Assembly: GCA_964640185.1 (NCBI GenBank) | Contig: CAZXGF010000010.1 | Location: forward strand, 64,162-128,161 | Reading direction: 5' to 3' | DNA length: 64,000 nt | Source of the DNA: an uncultured Verrucomicrobiota bacterium | GTDB lineage: Bacteria; Auribacterota; JABMQX01 | Shown: positions 62,982 to 64,000 of the stretch, piece after piece | Numbering within the stretch: position 1 is the first letter of the stretch | Layout of the letters: each line of letters starts with the position of its first letter | The notes under the pieces: model-generated | What the model saw: the letters and a program-made list of their open reading frames with translations, nothing else | Databases searched by the model: none | What the model was told of the DNA's origin: nothing | Program-made: the position numbers and the translations under genes

Positions 62982-64000
62982 TCACACAATCGCTTTTTCC
63001 GTTTCGGGGTCGAAGAAACGAGCCTTGTCCATGTTGAACACCATATCTATGTTCTGGCGAATGGCGTTTTTGGGGTGCGATTTGACGCGGGCGATGTAAG
63101 AATTGATTCCGGTGTTGAGGTAAAGGTAAACCTCCGAGCCCATCGGCTCAACCACCTCGATGAGAGATGTAACTTCCCTCCCTTCCGTCGGGCCCACGGC
63201 ATTGGCTTTTGTCCAGACATCCTCCGGCCTTATCCCGAAAAGGATTTTCTTGTCTGTGTAAAGAGAAACCTTCTGCTTGTGCTCGTCGCTCACGCGAACC
63301 TTGAATCGCCCTTCGTCGAAGTAAAGGGCGGCGTCCTGCGACTTGATGGTTCCGTTGAAGAAATTCATGGGAGGGCTGCCGATGAAGCCAGCGACGAAGA
63401 CAGTAGCAGGGTAATCGTAGAGGTTGATCGGGTTGTCAATCTGCTGCACGATGCCGTCCTTGAGGATTACGATCCGGTCACCCATGGTCATAGCTTCCAC
63501 CTGGTCGTGGGTGACGTAGATCATGGTGGTCTGGAGGCTCTGGTGCAGCTTGCTCAGCTCCGTGCGCATCTGGACCCTCAGTTTCGCGTCGAGGTTGCTC
63601 AAAGGCTCGTCGAAAAGGAAGACCTTCGGTTTCCGGACGATGGCTCGCCCCACCGCCACGCGTTGCCTCTCCCCGCCGGAGAGAGCCTTCGGTTTTCGAT
63701 CCAGAAGATGCCGGATGCTCAGGATGTCCGCGGCTTCTTTGACTCGTTGGTCAATCTCAGCCTTCGGCAAGCGGCGAAGCTTCAGCCCGAAAGCCATGTT
63801 TTTGTAAACGGTCATATGGGGATAGAGGGCGTAATTCTGGAAAACCATGGCAATGTCGCGGTTCTTCGGCGGGATGTCGTTGACCAGCTTATCGTCAATG
63901 TAGATTTCCCCCTTGGTGGCCTCCTCCAATCCTGCGATTAGCCGAAGGGTCGTTGATTTGCCGCAGCCCGAAGGACCGACCAGCACCAGAAACTCCTTAT
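62982..64000 (-). CDS. ABC transporter ATP-binding subunit (MalK/UgpC-like sugar importer ATPase); the N-terminus lies beyond the window end
   Basis: Walker [11 protein letters not shown]-loop, [14 protein letters not shown] signature, Walker [11 protein letters not shown] and the C-terminal MalK-type TOBE regulatory domain. Confidence 0.85.
   Translation of the reverse strand, partial: KEFLVLVGPSGCGKSTTLRLIAGLEEATKGEIYIDDKLVNDIPPKNRDIAMVFQNYALYPHMTVYKNMAFGLKLRRLPKAEIDQRVKEAADILSIRHLLDRKPKALSGGERQRVAVGRAIVRKPKVFLFDEPLSNLDAKLRVQMRTELSKLHQSLQTTMIYVTHDQVEAMTMGDRIVILKDGIVQQIDNPINLYDYPATVFVAGFIGSPPMNFFNGTIKSQDAALYFDEGRFKVRVSDEHKQKVSLYTDKKILFGIRPEDVWTKANAVGPTEGREVTSLIEVVEPMGSEVYLYLNTGINSYIARVKSHPKNAIRQNIDMVFNMDKARFFDPETEKAIV

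Noticed and set aside
1-64000. CRISPR arrays, rRNA and tRNA genes
   Set aside because: No direct-repeat/spacer periodicity and no rRNA-like conserved blocks were seen. I cannot exclude a tRNA by eye, but every gap over 150 nt was inspected and none showed cloverleaf-like stems with a T-loop GTTC motif.

Overview
This is a 64-kb GC-rich bacterial chromosome segment (about 55-65% GC by hand counts, with a lower-GC island), most likely from a strict anaerobe that metabolises H2. Tat-signal Gfo/Idh/MocA oxidoreductases, a giant LTD/CotH-type secreted protein and HEAT-repeat proteins suggest a PVC/Planctomycetota-like lineage; this was not verified. I recognised no rRNA, tRNA or CRISPR array.

Contents in order:
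1. 1-11.5 kb, minus strand: one long operon. It begins with an HTH/Cys-rich regulator, an HdrA-fragment::NuoE fusion, a NuoE-like [2Fe-2S] ferredoxin and a NuoF/HndC-like NAD(P)H flavoprotein. It continues with a sensory set (DRTGG x2, CBS-GHKL, PHP, GHKL ATPase), a 1088-aa HdrA-like giant carrying N-terminal NuoG-type FeS domains, MvhD, a small ORF, MvhG and the start of MvhA, which runs off the window.
2. 11.56-12.7 kb: IS630-family transposase debris in both orientations.
3. 13.06-30.8 kb, plus strand: a contiguous cluster mdh-sucC-sucD-hdrC-hdrB-korABGD-hdrA-mvhD-(SdhB/FrdB-like FeS)-(SdhA/FrdA-like flavoprotein)-mvhG-mvhA-hydrogenase protease-(Pta-N-terminal-like AAA/DRTGG)-citrate synthase. 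This is a complete Mvh/Hdr flavin-based electron-bifurcation gene set interleaved with reductive-TCA enzymes and a soluble fumarate-reductase-like pair; most of it has visibly lower GC than its flanks. It is the most novel candidate system in the window.
4. 30.98-32.83 kb: an IS1634-family insertion.
5. 33-44.4 kb: nucleotide-sugar dehydrogenase, two signal-peptide methyltransferase-fold proteins, HAD hydrolase, flavodiiron protein, MDR dehydrogenase, azoreductase, ZIP transporter and a second, two-subunit 2-oxoacid:ferredoxin oxidoreductase.
6. 44.5-52 kb: a PerR-linked oxidative-stress island (Tat-SOD, erythrin-like, ferritin, desulfoferrodoxin, Prx, a frameshift-split octaheme cytochrome c, Tpx, an unusual thioredoxin, rubrerythrin, a small ferritin-like protein, PerR).
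7. 52.6-64 kb: a sugar isomerase-like gene, a 1134-aa LTD-containing secreted protein, a tandem-duplicated Tat-Gfo/Idh/MocA + HEAT unit, a flavin reductase and a partial MalK-like ABC ATPase.
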